Source: Plasmodiophora brassicae (taxonomy: Eukaryota). From it: a DNA stretch of 64,000 nt. Both the position numbers and the translations under genes were made by a program. Shown here in pieces: positions 26,571 to 39,439 of the stretch (position 1 is its first letter; each line of letters starts with the position of its first letter). The notes beneath the pieces are model-generated. The model had not been told where the DNA came from, made no database searches, and saw nothing but the letters and a program-made list of their open reading frames with translations. The DNA is taken from contig CP145420.1 of the NCBI GenBank assembly GCA_036867785.1, positions 620,001 to 684,000 on the forward strand. Reading direction: 5' to 3'.

Positions 26571-26891
26571 ATGCTACCAAAATTCATTCCGTTTGGTTTA
26601 TCGAAGATGACGGTGTCGCACATCAAGGGCACGTACACGAAAATGATGATGTCGCTGGGCAACACGGTGGTGTTGACGCCGGCCGAGCACCTTCTCTGGG
26701 AGCAGTTCCTCGAGCGCAGCAAGGCCAACGCGGAGGAGTTGCTCCATGGGCCAAATGCGGCTCAGGCCTTCTGGGACCTCCTGGCCAAGGTCGACTATGC
26801 GGACGAGAAGGCCAAGTGGCTCATCACGGCTGCATGGCTCAAGAACCATGAGAAGCACCCGTCGCGTCCACATGTGCGCAGTGAGTCCTGA
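26571..26891 (+). CDS. Small hypothetical protein (~106 aa)
   Basis: GC3-biased codon usage and helical, protein-like composition; no family recognised. Confidence 0.55.
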   Translation: MLPKFIPFGLSKMTVSHIKGTYTKMMMSLGNTVVLTPAEHLLWEQFLERSKANAEELLHGPNAAQAFWDLLAKVDYADEKAKWLITAAWLKNHEKHPSRPHVRSES

Positions 26892-27028
26892 TATGGTAAT
26901 GTCGGTATTCTACAATGCATAAAAGACATTGGATCTTTTCAAAATTCCGATCACACGATTGCCACGAGTATTGCGGATAGAGTCGGTGGAGCAGAGGTCC
27001 GAGTCCGAGATTATTTAGCGAGTCGGCG

Positions 27029-29614
27029 ATGGCGACGTGCCTCGTCAAAGTGGCGACATGCAATCTGGACCAGTGGGCGATGGATTTCGACCTGAACCTG
27101 ACGAACGTGCGCGCATCGATTATCGAGGCGAAGCGACAGGGCGCCCGCCTGCGTGTCGGCCCCGAACTTGAGATCTGCGGCTATGGGTGCGAAGACCATT
27201 TCTTCGAGCAGGTAGCGTCGCAGTATTGGTACAAACAACAGGCCCGATAAGTGGATACCGTAGGATACGTTCTACCATTCCTGGTGCAGTTTACGTGATA
27301 TCCTCAGTTCAGACCTGACAGATGGTCAGGTACGAGCAAAGATCACCGTCGAATGAGAACACTCATTAGAAATTTGGACAGGGATCCTGTGTGACATTGG
27401 TATGCCGGTTATTCACGTTGGCACGCGATACAACTGTCGAGTCCTGGTATAGGGAAGGACGCCGTTCGTTCGCCTGTACATTGACAGTTCTGTAGGTCGT
27501 TAATAGGCAGATCGTTTTGATCCGCCCGAAGCTGTTCCTCGCCAATGAAGGCAACTATAGGGAGCGCCGATGGTTCAATGCCTGGACCAGAGTCGATGAA
27601 ATCGACGAGTTCGCCGTTCCTGATTTCATTGCCGAAATTACAGGCAAGCGAACAGTTCCATTTGGAGCAGCGGTCCTTCGCTTGCATGACACTTCCGTTG
27701 GCATCGAGCTCTGTGAAGAATTGTTCACACCCGAAAGCCCCCACATTGCTCAATCGTTAAACGGTACGTTGTAGTCTGTTCAGATGTATCGGGAGCTTAC
27801 GGGCCTCTTGGGCAGGCGTGGAAATCATCTGCAACGGATCCGGTTCCCATCAGAATCTGAAGAAGCTCCACGTTCGCACCAGTCTCATCCAGAGTGCAAT
27901 GTCGAAGTGCGGTGGGGTTTACCTGTATGCCAACCAGCAAGGGTGCGATGGCGGAAGGCTTTACTACGACGGGTGTGCCCTGATATGCGCTAATGGTGAA
28001 ATCCTCTCGCAAGGATCGCAGTTCTCGATTCTCGATGTCGAGGTGGTCACAGCCGTCATCGACCTGGAAGATATTCGATCATATCGCGGTGGGATAAGCA
28101 GTCGAAGCCAGCAGTCTGCGTCGTCCAAACGCTTGCCGTGGATCGACGTCAACTTTTCTATGCGAATGGCACCACCTGCTGCTGAGTTTCCCACTACACC
28201 CCGCCCGCTATCATTCCACACAGTAGGACACGCATGGTAGTTAGTCCTTTGCTTCAACTGATATTTCCATTGCCAGGTCGAAGAAGAAATCGCGCTAGGT
28301 TTACTGTCATCCAGCGACGGATGGCGTCAGAAGGCTGACATCATCCTGCAGGTTGCTCGTGCTGGCTGTGGGACTATCTCCGGCGCTCCAATGCCAGTGG
28401 GTTATTCCTTCCATTGTCGGGAGGAGCGGACAGCGCTTCTGTCGCAACGATTGTTGGCGTTATGTGCAATACCGTAATGGACGCGGTCCACGCTGGCAAT
28501 TATGTTGCCGAATCCGACGTTCGCCGCCTACTGGATCCTTCTGAAGCAATGCCAAAGACTGGGCACGACCTGGCGTCCCGTATATTCTATACGTCGTACA
28601 TGGGATCGAAGAACAGCTCGAATGCAACTCGCGAACGTGCCAAGGCGATAGCTGGCGAGGTTGGGTCGTACCATATAGACCTAGACATCGATTCTGTCGT
28701 CGACTCGTTCCTTAACGTATTCGCGATGGCCACGTCTAAGATGCCCCGGTTTCGTTCCAGCGGCGGAACTCCCGGTGAAAACTTGGCAATGCAGGTAAAG
28801 GCGCTTCGGTAATGCTGTACGCGGAATGTCGGGCTTACATTATGATTCCACGTTCAGAATATTCAAGCTCGGGTCCGGATGGTTTTCGCTTATCTGATGG
28901 CAAGCCTGCTACCGTGGGTTCGTAACCGATCGGGCTTTCTCCTAGTGCTTGGGTCTGCAAACGTCGACGAGGCCCTTCGCGGATACTTGTCTACCATCGT
29001 TTGACCTTCACGTTCGGTTCGAACCTGATTATTCTGTCGTAGGACCAAGTACGACTGCAGTAGTGCGGATATCAATCCCATTGGCGGCATCGCAAAGCGA
29101 GACCTGCGACGGTTCCTCACATGGGCGATCGACCACATGCACTACGATAGTCTTCGCAAGATTCTGGATGCGCCGCCGACCGCTGAGCTCGAGCCCATCA
29201 CGAACGACTACACCCAATCCGACGAGCAGGACATGGGGATGACGTACGAAGAGCTCGGTATCTTTGGCAGGCTTCGTAACATATATCGATGTGGACCACT
29301 ATCAATGTACCACAAGCTTCGACATCTTTGGCAGCACCTTCAGGTCCGTCTGCTTCGAACCCCCGTTTCCGCCGACAGCCGTTGACCCCTGCGCCATGTA
29401 GCCCGAAATGGTTGCCGAACGCGTCAAGTCATTCTTCTACTACTACTCTGTGAATCGCCACAAAATGACTACCCTGACGCCATCCCTGCATGCGGAGAAG
29501 TACTCGCCCGACGATAACCGGTACGACCACCGCCAGTTTCTCTACAACACCAAGTGGACGGCTCAGTTCCGTGCTGTTGACGCTGCCGCATCACAAGATG
29601 CGCGTCGTTCGTGA
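27029..29614 (+). CDS. QNS1: Glutamine-dependent NAD+ synthetase (nitrilase + synthetase domains), many introns
   Basis: [106 protein letters not shown]. Confidence 0.96.
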
Positions 29615-29737
29615 CGAGAATAAACGCGCGTCTGTCTTCACTGGAGGTACATACCGAACTACCTTCGACCAAAAAGTGCTCTGCTGCGGCGAGTTGTTGA
29701 AGCGAAAATTCGTGCGGCGCCGAAGCGGCAAACGGCA

Positions 29738-30337
29738 ATGATGATGCGGAATGCAGGGAAGATGGCGGTGCTGGCCGGCGCGACAGCTGTGTCGTGCGCG
29801 GCGCTGGGATTCGGGAGAACAGCAGCCATCGGCGCGGTCGTCTATGCGGCGCACAAAGTCAAGGAAGCGTTGACGACGCCGGCGGCAACCCCCGCGAGCT
29901 CGCCGTTCTCCAGCAGGACAGCGTCGCCGTTCGCGTCGCCGTTTTCGTCCGCGTTCGTGTCGCCGCTGATCAACATGGTAACATCGGTCATCGGCAACGC
30001 GATCCGTGAACCAATGGAGGCGCACGGCCTGGTGAAGACGGCGCTGGAAAACAGTTCCAGGTGCCGGCAGCATCTAGGCGCCATCGATTATGTGTCGATG
30101 CCGAGTATGATGACGATGCAGAAAGGGACATTCCTCGAGTCACGTGTCGTCATGCAGGTCACCGTCCGCGGCAATCGCCAGAGCGGGATCGTGGTCGCTA
30201 CTGTCCGAACGGACACCGATGAACCCGTCGTTCAATCGATGCAGCTGCGGACCGACAGCGGCGACGTCGTCGAACTTGTCACCGATGACAATGACGGCTC
30301 CGGCTTCGTCGACGCTGAAGGATTCACTAAACGCTGA
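29738..30337 (+). CDS. Hypothetical membrane protein, possibly Coa1/Tim21-like mitochondrial factor
   Basis: N-terminal hydrophobic segment, helix ending LENSSRCRQHLG, then a beta-rich VTVRGNRQSGIV region; family call tentative. Confidence 0.55.
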   Translation: MMMRNAGKMAVLAGATAVSCAALGFGRTAAIGAVVYAAHKVKEALTTPAATPASSPFSSRTASPFASPFSSAFVSPLINMVTSVIGNAIREPMEAHGLVKTALENSSRCRQHLGAIDYVSMPSMMTMQKGTFLESRVVMQVTVRGNRQSGIVVATVRTDTDEPVVQSMQLRTDSGDVVELVTDDNDGSGFVDAEGFTKR

Positions 30338-30713
30338 CACGGCGGCCAGTTGCTAGTGACGCAGGTTCGAACGACGTCCTGCATCAGTAGTACCAGACAA
30401 AGTGGCGGCGGATGGGCTGAGCAGTACTGCTCGTTGAATCCGCTGGGTTCCGCGCGGCCGGATGATGGCCTGGAATATTATTTTTGTCGCGCGGCCACTG
30501 AACGGCCGGATGACGTGGACCAGAATCTGGCCCGGCCTTGGTTTCCATGTTTTTTTTTGGGGCGAGTCCGTGGCGGAGCGTTTCTGTTGCGCCAGTGCTC
30601 AGTCACACAAGATAATCGAGGTCGCCTCGGCTTGACGGCGTGAAGCGGACCCGGCCGCTGCTAGCAAGGACAGTTGATCGGACGGGCCGGCGGGCTAGAC
30701 GCCAACCAACACC

Positions 30714-32253
30714 AGTGAGTTCCGTCTGGCGTCCTGGACGATGGGCGTTGGTCGCTGACGACATGGCGCAGTGACATCGGCGATTCTGCATATGCTGAAG
30801 CCCGTGGTGGCGCTGCTGCCCGAGGTGCAGACGCCTGTTCGACGCGTGCAATTCAAGGAGAAGGCCATGTGGACCATCGTCACGCTTCTGATTTTCCTTG
30901 TGTGCTGCCAAGTTCCTCTGTACGGCATCGTCTCCTCGAAATCATCCGACCCTATGTATTGGGTCAGTTCAGGTTCCTAAAATCGTTTTTATCCTCATCT
31001 AACATCGATATTCGGCACAGGTCCGTGTTATTACTGCATCAAATCGTGGTACGCTGATGGAACTTGGAATCGCGCCGACCGTTACGTCTGGGATGATTAT
31101 GCAGTTGCTGGCGGGATCAAAGTTGATTTCTGTCGACCACAACAACAAGGAGGACCGCCAGCTGTTTGCTGGCATCCAGAAGCTGTTTGGTATGATCGTT
31201 ACTGCTGGCCAGGCCGTTGCGTACGTCATGTCGGGCATGTACGGCGACACGCGTGAACTCGGTACGGGTAACGCCATCCTCATCGTCACCCAGCTGCTTA
31301 TGGCTGGCCTAATTGTCGTCATGCTGGATGAGCTGCTCGAGAAAGGATACGGATTGGGCTCTGGTATCTCGCTTTTCATCGCCACGAACATTTGTGAGAA
31401 CATCGTTTGGAAAGCGTTCAGTCCGACGACGATCAACACCGGGCGAGGAACCGAGTTTGAGGGTGCCGTTATTGCCCTGTTCCACATGTTGATCACCCGC
31501 TCGGACAAGGCCCGTGCTCTGAAGGAGGCGTTCTACCGTACTAACCTGCCGAACTGCACGAACCTCTGTGCAACGGTCCTCGTTTTCCTGATCGTCATCT
31601 ACTTCCAGGGCTTCCACGTCAACCTTCCTGTAAAGTACAAGAACATCAACGGCCATACGCAGCCCTACCCGATCAAGCTGTTCTACACGTCGAACATCCC
31701 GATCATCCTCCAGACGGCGCTGGTGTCCAACTTGCACTTCTTCTCGCAGCTGCTCTACAAGCGCTACAGCGGCAACATTCTGGTTTCCATGCTTGGGACA
31801 TGGCAGGACACTGCCGGTGGGTACTCGGTCCCAGTGTCAGGGCTGGCCTACTACCTGTCGCCGCCGCACACCCTGTCTGAAATCCTCTACGATCCGATTC
31901 ACGCGCTCTTTTACTTTGCCTTCATCCTCGGCACGTGTGCCTTCTTCTCGAAGACGTGGATTGAAGTTAGCGGATCGTCGTCGAAGGATGTCGCCAAGTC
32001 GCTTCGTGACCAGAACATGACCATCAAAGGTTTCCGCGATTCGTCTGTCGTTCAGGTCCTCGACCGGTACATTCCCATTGCCGCAGCGTTTGGTGGCATG
32101 TGCATTGGCGCATTGTCGATCTTCGCCGACTTCCTGGGAGCCATCGGCAGTGGTACCGGTATCCTGCTGGCCGTGACCATCATCTTCAAGTACTTCGAGA
32201 TCTTGAGCAAGGAGCAGGCCTCGGATTCGGGATTGTTCTCATTCATGGGGTGA
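30714..32253 (+). CDS. SEC61A: Protein translocon subunit Sec61 alpha
   Basis: [79 protein letters not shown]. Introns 30715-30771 and 30963-31020. Confidence 0.97.
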
Positions 32254-32396
32254 TCGAGGCGCTCACGTGCCGCGATCCTTCATCATCAACGACACGCGCG
32301 ACGTCGTCTTTTCCGGAACCAATACAGTCGAACCCATTATTGGACAACAGGATGCTGCCTGAGAAGACGGGGCTGAGGCACTCACAGAGACGTACT

Positions 32397-33564
32397 TTAA
32401 CATCCGCTGTTCTGTTGTATGACTTGCACAGTGGCCAGGGATCGGGCCACGCGTAGGGCTTCTCGCAGCGTCGCTCGTCCTGTAGAGATTGCCACAGATC
32501 GCACACGTGGGTCTGTGGGCGTCAGGGGACCGCCCTCGTAAAAGATCTTGGTGCGATTCAAACCCGGGGCGTGGACGAAAATCAGGGAGGCCTTCGCAAT
32601 GAAAGACGCCCACGTGGACAGCAACGCTCGTAGGGATACCTGCAGCGCCGCCTCCTGCTTACGACGGATTTGTGAGCCGACCGACGCATGCCCACTTGCA
32701 CTGCCCGATTTGTCGTGACTCGACTGCCGTTTGCCCTGAGATTTCCGTTGCACGTATCGGTGTAGCGTCTTATGTGCAACGAGGACGCCGCCGACCAGTA
32801 CGGCACCGGCCACGAAACCTCCATGGCAGAGTAGCACGACCCAGGTGCGGTTCGTGATTGCATCCAAAGCTACAGTACAATCTGTCTCAGCGACGTCATT
32901 CGGGATGATGCTGAGTCGCATCCGGAATCTTGAAGAAGGAATCAGGGGCGACGTCAGGTCCACCATGGCCGACGGCGATGACGACGACACTGGGGCGGTT
33001 GACGATACCATGGAGAACGTTGCGCCGACAGACACGAGTTCGTGCAGCCAGTGTCGCGAGTGCTGCTTGCCTTTGTGGGTCTTAATCAGGTCCGGGAACA
33101 GACAGAATCGATGCTGGACGACTTGTTCGTCCTCATCGCCACTGGAATCCCCGTTAACCACATCGTCCCCGATCGCATCGCCCAACTCGGCCGCTAGATT
33201 CTCGTCGTCGTCGCTGTCGTCGTCCAGCAGGATCAGTCGCAGCTGCTGCGTGTCGTGCAGCTGCGCCAGGCTCTCGATGACTTCGCCGGCGTCGTCCACA
33301 ATGACAATCGCCTGCCAACCAAACGATAAGCGTCCAGGCATTGGCCAGAGCAGCCCTGCAGGTGCCCACTTGATCCGGGCGCAGCGAGAACTTGCTGCGC
33401 ACCCGGGCCTGCCATGCCTGGAACTCGGCCGCCGCATCCGGCGACGTCAGCGCGCGCCGCACCACCATCGAGAACCCGGTCCGCACGGCGCCGCCATCGC
33501 CGTCCTCATCGCACTGCTTCACTGTGATCCGAACTGCCGCGCCATCCGGAACTGCAGTCGCCAT
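32397..33564 (-). CDS. Vms1/ANKZF1-like (vLRF1) peptidyl-tRNA release factor
   Basis: GGFVAGAV..HKTLHRYVQRKSQGKRQSSHD..SVGSQIRR..LIFVHAPG..DPRVRS matches the vLRF1 domain; one intron near 33315-33370. Confidence 0.85.
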
Positions 33565-33732
33565 GCCGGGCCGAACGCGGACAGGGCCGCCCAGTCCCGC
33601 GACACCCAGATTCCGCCGTGCGACCGGCACCAAAATATCCGGACCGCCACCCACTCCAAACGTATGACGCCAAAGCACGCTGGCCTAACCCCGTTTTACG
33701 TTATCGCTGGTCTGTTGTATGTCATCGTCGGT

Positions 33733-34261
33733 CTAGTCGAGCGACCGCATTATGGTGCAGAACTTGTCGAAGCTGACGGTGCCGTCCATATGGAACTGTC
33801 GGAAGGTTTGCTCTTGCTCGGGGAAGGCGGACATGATGATGGAGGTGACGTGCTGGGTGGACAGGGCGGGTTCCAGCGACGCGATGACGGCGCGAAGGCG
33901 GCGTACGGGGATGACGCCGGCTTCGTTCGCGAGCAGGCGGAACACCTCCCGAATATCGTCGACGCTGTCGTACTTTTGGTGCATGACGGCGTACAGTCGC
34001 AGGAAGTCGTTGAATGACATGGCGCCCTTATCCGTCCACTGCCCAATGAATTCCGACATTCGCGATTGCGACATACCGGGATCTACCCCCCAACGTTCAG
34101 GTTTCGCTGCGGATTTGCATAACCCGCTGCGTACCTATGCTACTCAGGAACGGGCGCAACGAGTCCACCGTGATGAACTCGCCCGGTCCAGCGAAGAAGT
34201 CGAACATGGCACGGATCTCCCGCAGCTGATGACTCGACACAGGGGGGTCGTCGTCAGCCAT
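33733..34261 (-). CDS. Divergent calmodulin/centrin-like EF-hand protein
   Basis: QLREIRAMFDFF, MSFNDFL, DIREVFRLL, DGTVSFDKFCTIM; one intron. Confidence 0.75.
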
Positions 34262-34391
34262 TAGGCCCACGGGAGCCACCTGTTCCAGACCAATAGTGTA
34301 CGCTGGCGATCCTTGGTATGCAGAGACATTGTTAGTGTCCTTTATCGTTTCATGGGAAATTCGATTGACGTCCAGGGTCTGAGCGCTGTGC

Positions 34392-35241
34392 CTAGATGGC
34401 ATTAGAGGATGCATCCGAAGAATCGTGAGCGCTGCAGTGCTGTTTCGCACGCATCAGGTGCAATCGTTTCCGAATGTGCTTCCTGAGGACGAAGAACGCC
34501 GCCACCGACGAGATCAGCGTTATGAAGAACGGCAGGTGACGCCATTCGATCCCGTCGAAATTGCCGTCTCGGATGGATCGCAGCGCATTGGCCAGGTCGG
34601 TAGCCGTCATCCCGATAAGTATATATAGTAGGATCTTCACCTTCGTACATTCGAAATCAGTGTCGTTATAATAACATTTTACACGGGGACAATAAGCATA
34701 CCCTCGAGAGACACGTCGCCAACGCGAAATCCCGATATCGAACCCCAGTGAACCCGAACAGGGCAGTACAGATGCCGAACGGGAGTACGCTGAGCTGGAT
34801 CATCGTGACTGCCTCGACACCATGGTCTTCAAGAGCGCCTTCGAAGGCAGCGATGTGTTCAGCGTATTTCCCGAATCGTTGTTGCATGGCATTGGGCGAG
34901 ATATGGCCTTGGCCGACTAGCCAGCGGACCAGCAGGAATGTGACCTGGGTGCCGAAAACTAGGAAACTGTACCCCATCGGGAGCGCGACCCACTTGAACA
35001 GGAACCCAGCGGTGATGGCGACGAACGTGGACCCCATGGAGGCCGGGGTCCCGTTTAAGAAGAACAATGCAGAGAACAGGACAATGTACCCGGGTTCGCG
35101 AGTGTCGAATCCGGCCTGGAGGGGGGTCAGGAGGTCCACAACCCTTGGCAGGAGGCAGACGCTGAGGACGCAAGCCCCGGCGATACCGACGGCAATGATG
35201 CAACGAACGACGATCGTGTGTCGAGTGACAGGAGTCTCCAT
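34392..35241 (-). CDS. TVP38/TMEM64 (DedA/VTT-domain) membrane protein, copy 1
   Basis: TAGFLF, LVRWL, IQLSVLPFGICTALFGFTGVRYRDFALAT; one intron ~34641-34695. Confidence 0.85.
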
Positions 35242-35689
35242 CCGGGGCGAAGACGACGCGCTGGTCGGCGACCGTGTTGTTCCGAGCTGGCCTGGCGAGA
35301 ATGTCTAAGAATACCCCCCTCGCCCTAACGTTCGGCCCGGATTTTGCAGGCATTTGGCGATGGGGGTGGAGTGCACTGTGTAAAGTATTTGACAGATATT
35401 GGAGCTTGTCGCCCAGGTCAGTTCCTGATGTCGGATTTCTGTTGGCGCGGGGAGTTCGAACTGCCCTCGACTCTTTCTTGGAGCGCATCCCAGGCGCACT
35501 GCGTTGGGTGCGCGCCAGGGCCAGGGGTCCCTGATCAGTCGGCGTGCGCGGGGCCGGCGCGCATTTTTGACGGCAGTTAAATGGGACAGGACCACGAGGG
35601 CCTTCCCAGGCGACGCTGCGTATACAACGTCAAACAGGCCACTGTTCGACAGGCCACAGCTCGGACAACATCACCGCTGCGGAATATGA

Positions 35690-35695
<6 letters not shown>

Positions 35696-35720
<25 letters not shown>

Positions 35721-35721
35721 C
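35696..35721. repeat. Poly-C homopolymer (26 nt)
   Basis: Seen directly, between the two TVP38-like copies. Confidence 0.95.
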
Positions 35722-35963
35722 AGATTCGTGGCTGGCGGCGCAACCTGATGGGTGCGAACAACCAAACGTTGAGCGGGAGCGGCGAAGAAGGGATCATCCA
35801 GTTCAATCCATTTAGCATGCGGACGTCGTGGCGAAGTACCAGGTCGCACGGGAAAGCGTGCCCGTTACCCGAAGACGTGAAAGACGCCGTTGAGGAACAC
35901 GTTAAGTGGTTATACGCTGGCTATCCTTGATATGCGGAGCCATTGTCCGTGTTCTTTAACGGT

Positions 35964-36849
35964 TTATGAGTGATCCGATAAAGGTCCGGAGTCTGAGCGC
36001 TGCACCTGGTTGGCATTAGTGGATACCTCCTGAGAATCGTGAGCGCTTCGATGTTGGAGGGCACGCATCAGGTGCAACCGTTTCCGGATGTGCTTCCTGA
36101 GGACGAAGAACGCCGCCACCGATGAGATGAGCGTTATGAAGAACGGCAGGTTATGCCATTCGAACACGTCAAACTTCCCGTCTCGAATGGACTGAAGCGC
36201 ATTGACCACGTTGGTCGCCGTCATCCCGATCGTTATATATAGTAGGACCTTCACCTACGTACATTCGACATCAGTGTCGATATATACCATTCCGGGAAAA
36301 CAAGAATACCCTCGTGAGGCACGTCGCCAAGGCGAAATCCCGGTAGTGTACATCAGTGAACCCGAACAGGGCATTACAGATGCCAAACGGGAGAAGGCTG
36401 AGTTGGACCAAGGCGACTGCCTCGACACCATGGTCTTCAAGGGCGCCTTCGAATGCTGCGATGTGATCGGCGTATCGCCCGAATCGTTGCCGCATGGCAT
36501 CGGGCGAGACGTGGCCTTGGCCGACTAGCCAGCGGACCAGTAGGAATGTGGCTTGGGAGCCGAGAACAACAAAACCGTATCCGATTGGGAACGCGACCCA
36601 CCTGTAGAGGAACCCAGCGGTGATGGCGACGAATGTTGAAGCGATAGAGACCGGGGTACCGTTTGAGAAGAACAGTGCAGCGAACATGACAATGTACCCG
36701 GGTTTGCGAGAGTCGAACCCGGCTTGGAGGCGGGTCAGGAAGTCCACAACTCTTGGCAACAGGAGGAAGCTGAGCACGCCGGCCCCGACGACACCGACGG
36801 CAATGATGCATCGAATGACGATCGTGCGTCGAGTGACAGGAGCCTCCAT
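35964..36849 (-). CDS. TVP38/TMEM64 (DedA/VTT-domain) membrane protein, copy 2
   Basis: Close paralog of 34392-35241 (MEAPVTRRTIVIRCII.., LPFGICNALFGFTDVHYRDFALAT) with the same intron position. Confidence 0.85.
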
Positions 36850-37349
36850 CCGGGGGGACGCCGACGAGCTGGTCGGCGACCGTGACGCCACAGAGCTAGC
36901 CTGGCGCGACGGAACGGCCCGCGGCCGGACCGTCATTCTGCGGCCGCACAACCCACAGTCCAATGGCCTTTTCTTATCGGATCGGTGACGGTACTTCCTG
37001 CGGTTGACGTGTCGGCAAACGCCGATCATGGATTGCACTACTGTTCGGTGGTGTCGGCCTGCCCTATCGAAGAACGAGCACTAATATTATTATGTACTGC
37101 GCATGGGTCAATGCACGTAATATTGACGCAGGGACTAAGACACAGCATTTATAGTCGTCGACAAGAACGTTGTTCCTCTGACACGCTCCACATATTATGC
37201 ATAACACTAGGAATTGCGGGTGCAGTGTGCACATGTATCCCACCGTCAGGAAGTGGCAATGTTAGGGCAGGTGTCATATAAATGCCCACGGAGTCCGTGC
37301 GCGGAGTACCATGTCCGTCGTGACCAGGTCCACGAGCATTTCAAACAGG

Positions 37350-38192
37350 ATGGGCGATTTCGGTGGGGCCCCTGCTGGCGGTGAAGGCGGTGAGCGCGGC
37401 GGTTTCGGCCGTGGTTTCGGCCGCGGGCGCGGTGAGGGTCGCGGCCGTGGTCGTGGACGTGGTCGCCGTGGACGGGGTCGTGATGAGGACAAGTGGGTCC
37501 CCGTTACGAAGCTCGGCCGACTGGTCATGGCCGACAAGATCAAATCGCTCGAGGAGATCTACCGATTCTCGCTGCCCATCAAGGAGCACCAGATCGTTGA
37601 AAAGTTCCTCGGCGATAAGCTGAAGGACGAGGTCATGAAGATCGTCCCTGTCCAGAAGCAGACCCGCGCCGGTCAGCGTACGCGCTTCAAGGCCATCGTC
37701 GTCGTCGGTGACAACAACGGCCACGTCGGGCTTGGCGTTAAGTGCTCCAAGGAGGTTGCTACCGCGATTCGCGGCGCGATCATCGCTGCCAAGCTCGCTG
37801 TCATCCCGATCCGCCGCGGTTACTGGGGCTCTGCGTTCGGTGACGTGCACACCGTCCCGTGCAAGGTTACTGGCAAGTGCGGCTCCGTCCGGGTGCGTCT
37901 CGTTCCCGCTCCTCGTGGTGCCGGCATTGTCGCCGCCACTGTCTCGAAGAAGGTCCTGACGTACGCCGGCCTCCGGGACGTGTACACGTCGTCTGGTGGC
38001 CAGACCCGTACGCTGGGCAACTTCGCCATGGCGACGTACAACGCCATTGCCAAGACGTATGCGTATTTGACGCCTGATGAGTGGGCCCCGACCAAGTTCG
38101 AGCCGACGCCGTACCAGGAGTTCAGCGACCTGCTCGTTGCACAGGGCAAGATTGCCGAGAAGAGCAGCCAGCTGGTCGAAGGTGCTCACTGA
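37350..38192 (+). CDS. RPS2: 40S ribosomal protein S2 (uS5)
   Basis: RG-rich N-terminus, [51 protein letters not shown]-like tataaa at ~37277. Confidence 0.98.
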   Translation: MGDFGGAPAGGEGGERGGFGRGFGRGRGEGRGRGRGRGRRGRGRDEDKWVPVTKLGRLVMADKIKSLEEIYRFSLPIKEHQIVEKFLGDKLKDEVMKIVPVQKQTRAGQRTRFKAIVVVGDNNGHVGLGVKCSKEVATAIRGAIIAAKLAVIPIRRGYWGSAFGDVHTVPCKVTGKCGSVRVRLVPAPRGAGIVAATVSKKVLTYAGLRDVYTSSGGQTRTLGNFAMATYNAIAKTYAYLTPDEWAPTKFEPTPYQEFSDLLVAQGKIAEKSSQLVEGAH

Positions 38193-38343
38193 ATGCATTC
38201 CAGATCACCAAGCCCCATAAATAGAAATTGAATGTTCCTTCAACACCTCTCCCCCTCCCCTCCAGTGTCTAGTAACTCGTAATTATTGTGTAGTTCACGT
38301 GCTCTGTGATGTTACGCCTATGGAGCATTCTGTACTGGTCGTA

Positions 38344-39439
38344 TTATTGGATGAATTCGATGTCGAAGACGGATCTCCAGAACCATGCCGACAGTCTGCC
38401 AGGTTCATCGACGACGAAGTTCTGGATGACGACAAAGCACCGTCCGTGAACAATGCGTCCATTCTTGCAGATGAACGGCATCGTGCTGTAATGCATGGCA
38501 TCACTGCCTTGCAACAGGTTCCTGCTGAATGCGTGAATAACAGTGGACCATCCTGATGGGGCGATTATTTTCCAAAACGGCGGAAGGAATTTGCCTCGTT
38601 CGTTATATGTCTCATGGTACGTCAGCTGGGCTTGCATTAGTTCACTGCTTGTATAGCCCAGTACCGTCTCGGCAACTCGGTTCAGTGTTGCCACCCGCAC
38701 AATATGATTTCCTTCTACGTTCACACCGCGTCATTACGACAATGGTAGTGGACGGTGCAACCCACCTACCAACGACAAGGGTGAACATCATGGCAGCGTG
38801 GTCGTCGGCGAAACACGTCGCCAGAGGATACGGTTGAGAAGGCGGAGGCGTGATAACTGGCCACGACCCAGTACTGATTTCCCGGCTGGCCCATGATATT
38901 GTTTCCTCCGGCAGGACATGTATCATACCGTTCAGGTATTGGGATCTGTGCAACCACGATTAAAATGACGGCGATGGCGACAAGCACTGCACGGCGTCAT
39001 ACACGTTAAATTGTGACAGGCCGCTGATGAAATCAGGAGTAAAGAACCTATGCGCTTTGGACAGAGCGTTGCGCAGGTCCTCTGGCATTAGGACAAGTGT
39101 CTCAAGCACGTTCTGCGATCGCAACAGCGGTCTCTCTGCTAACGGCGCGGTAGTAACGACCGCCGAATCCATTAGGCATTCGTCGACGAGTCCGAGCCGG
39201 CTACATCGCAGGCAGGGCCGGAAAGTCGAGCATCGAACCTTGCTTCTGGCACAGGACCTGCAGGCGCTCGACGTCCTTGGCTCCAGGTACGGTTTCGACA
39301 GTGGCATGGCGGGCCGTTGATCGCGGCATTCGACGCCGGGTTTGCTTCGGCAGCGCGCGCAGGGCCTGGCCCCATCACACTTAACTTTCCTCGCCGAGCA
39401 CGCGCTGCATGCAGATCGGGCCCGCTCGCCAACCACCAT
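38344..39439 (-). CDS. Transcription factor with two Zn(II)2Cys6 clusters and C-terminal PAS-like domain, spliced
   Basis: ACSACSARKVKCDGARPCARC..C and ACRSCARSKVRCSTFRPCLRC..C; PAS-like LNRVAETVLGYTSSEL. Confidence 0.85.
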
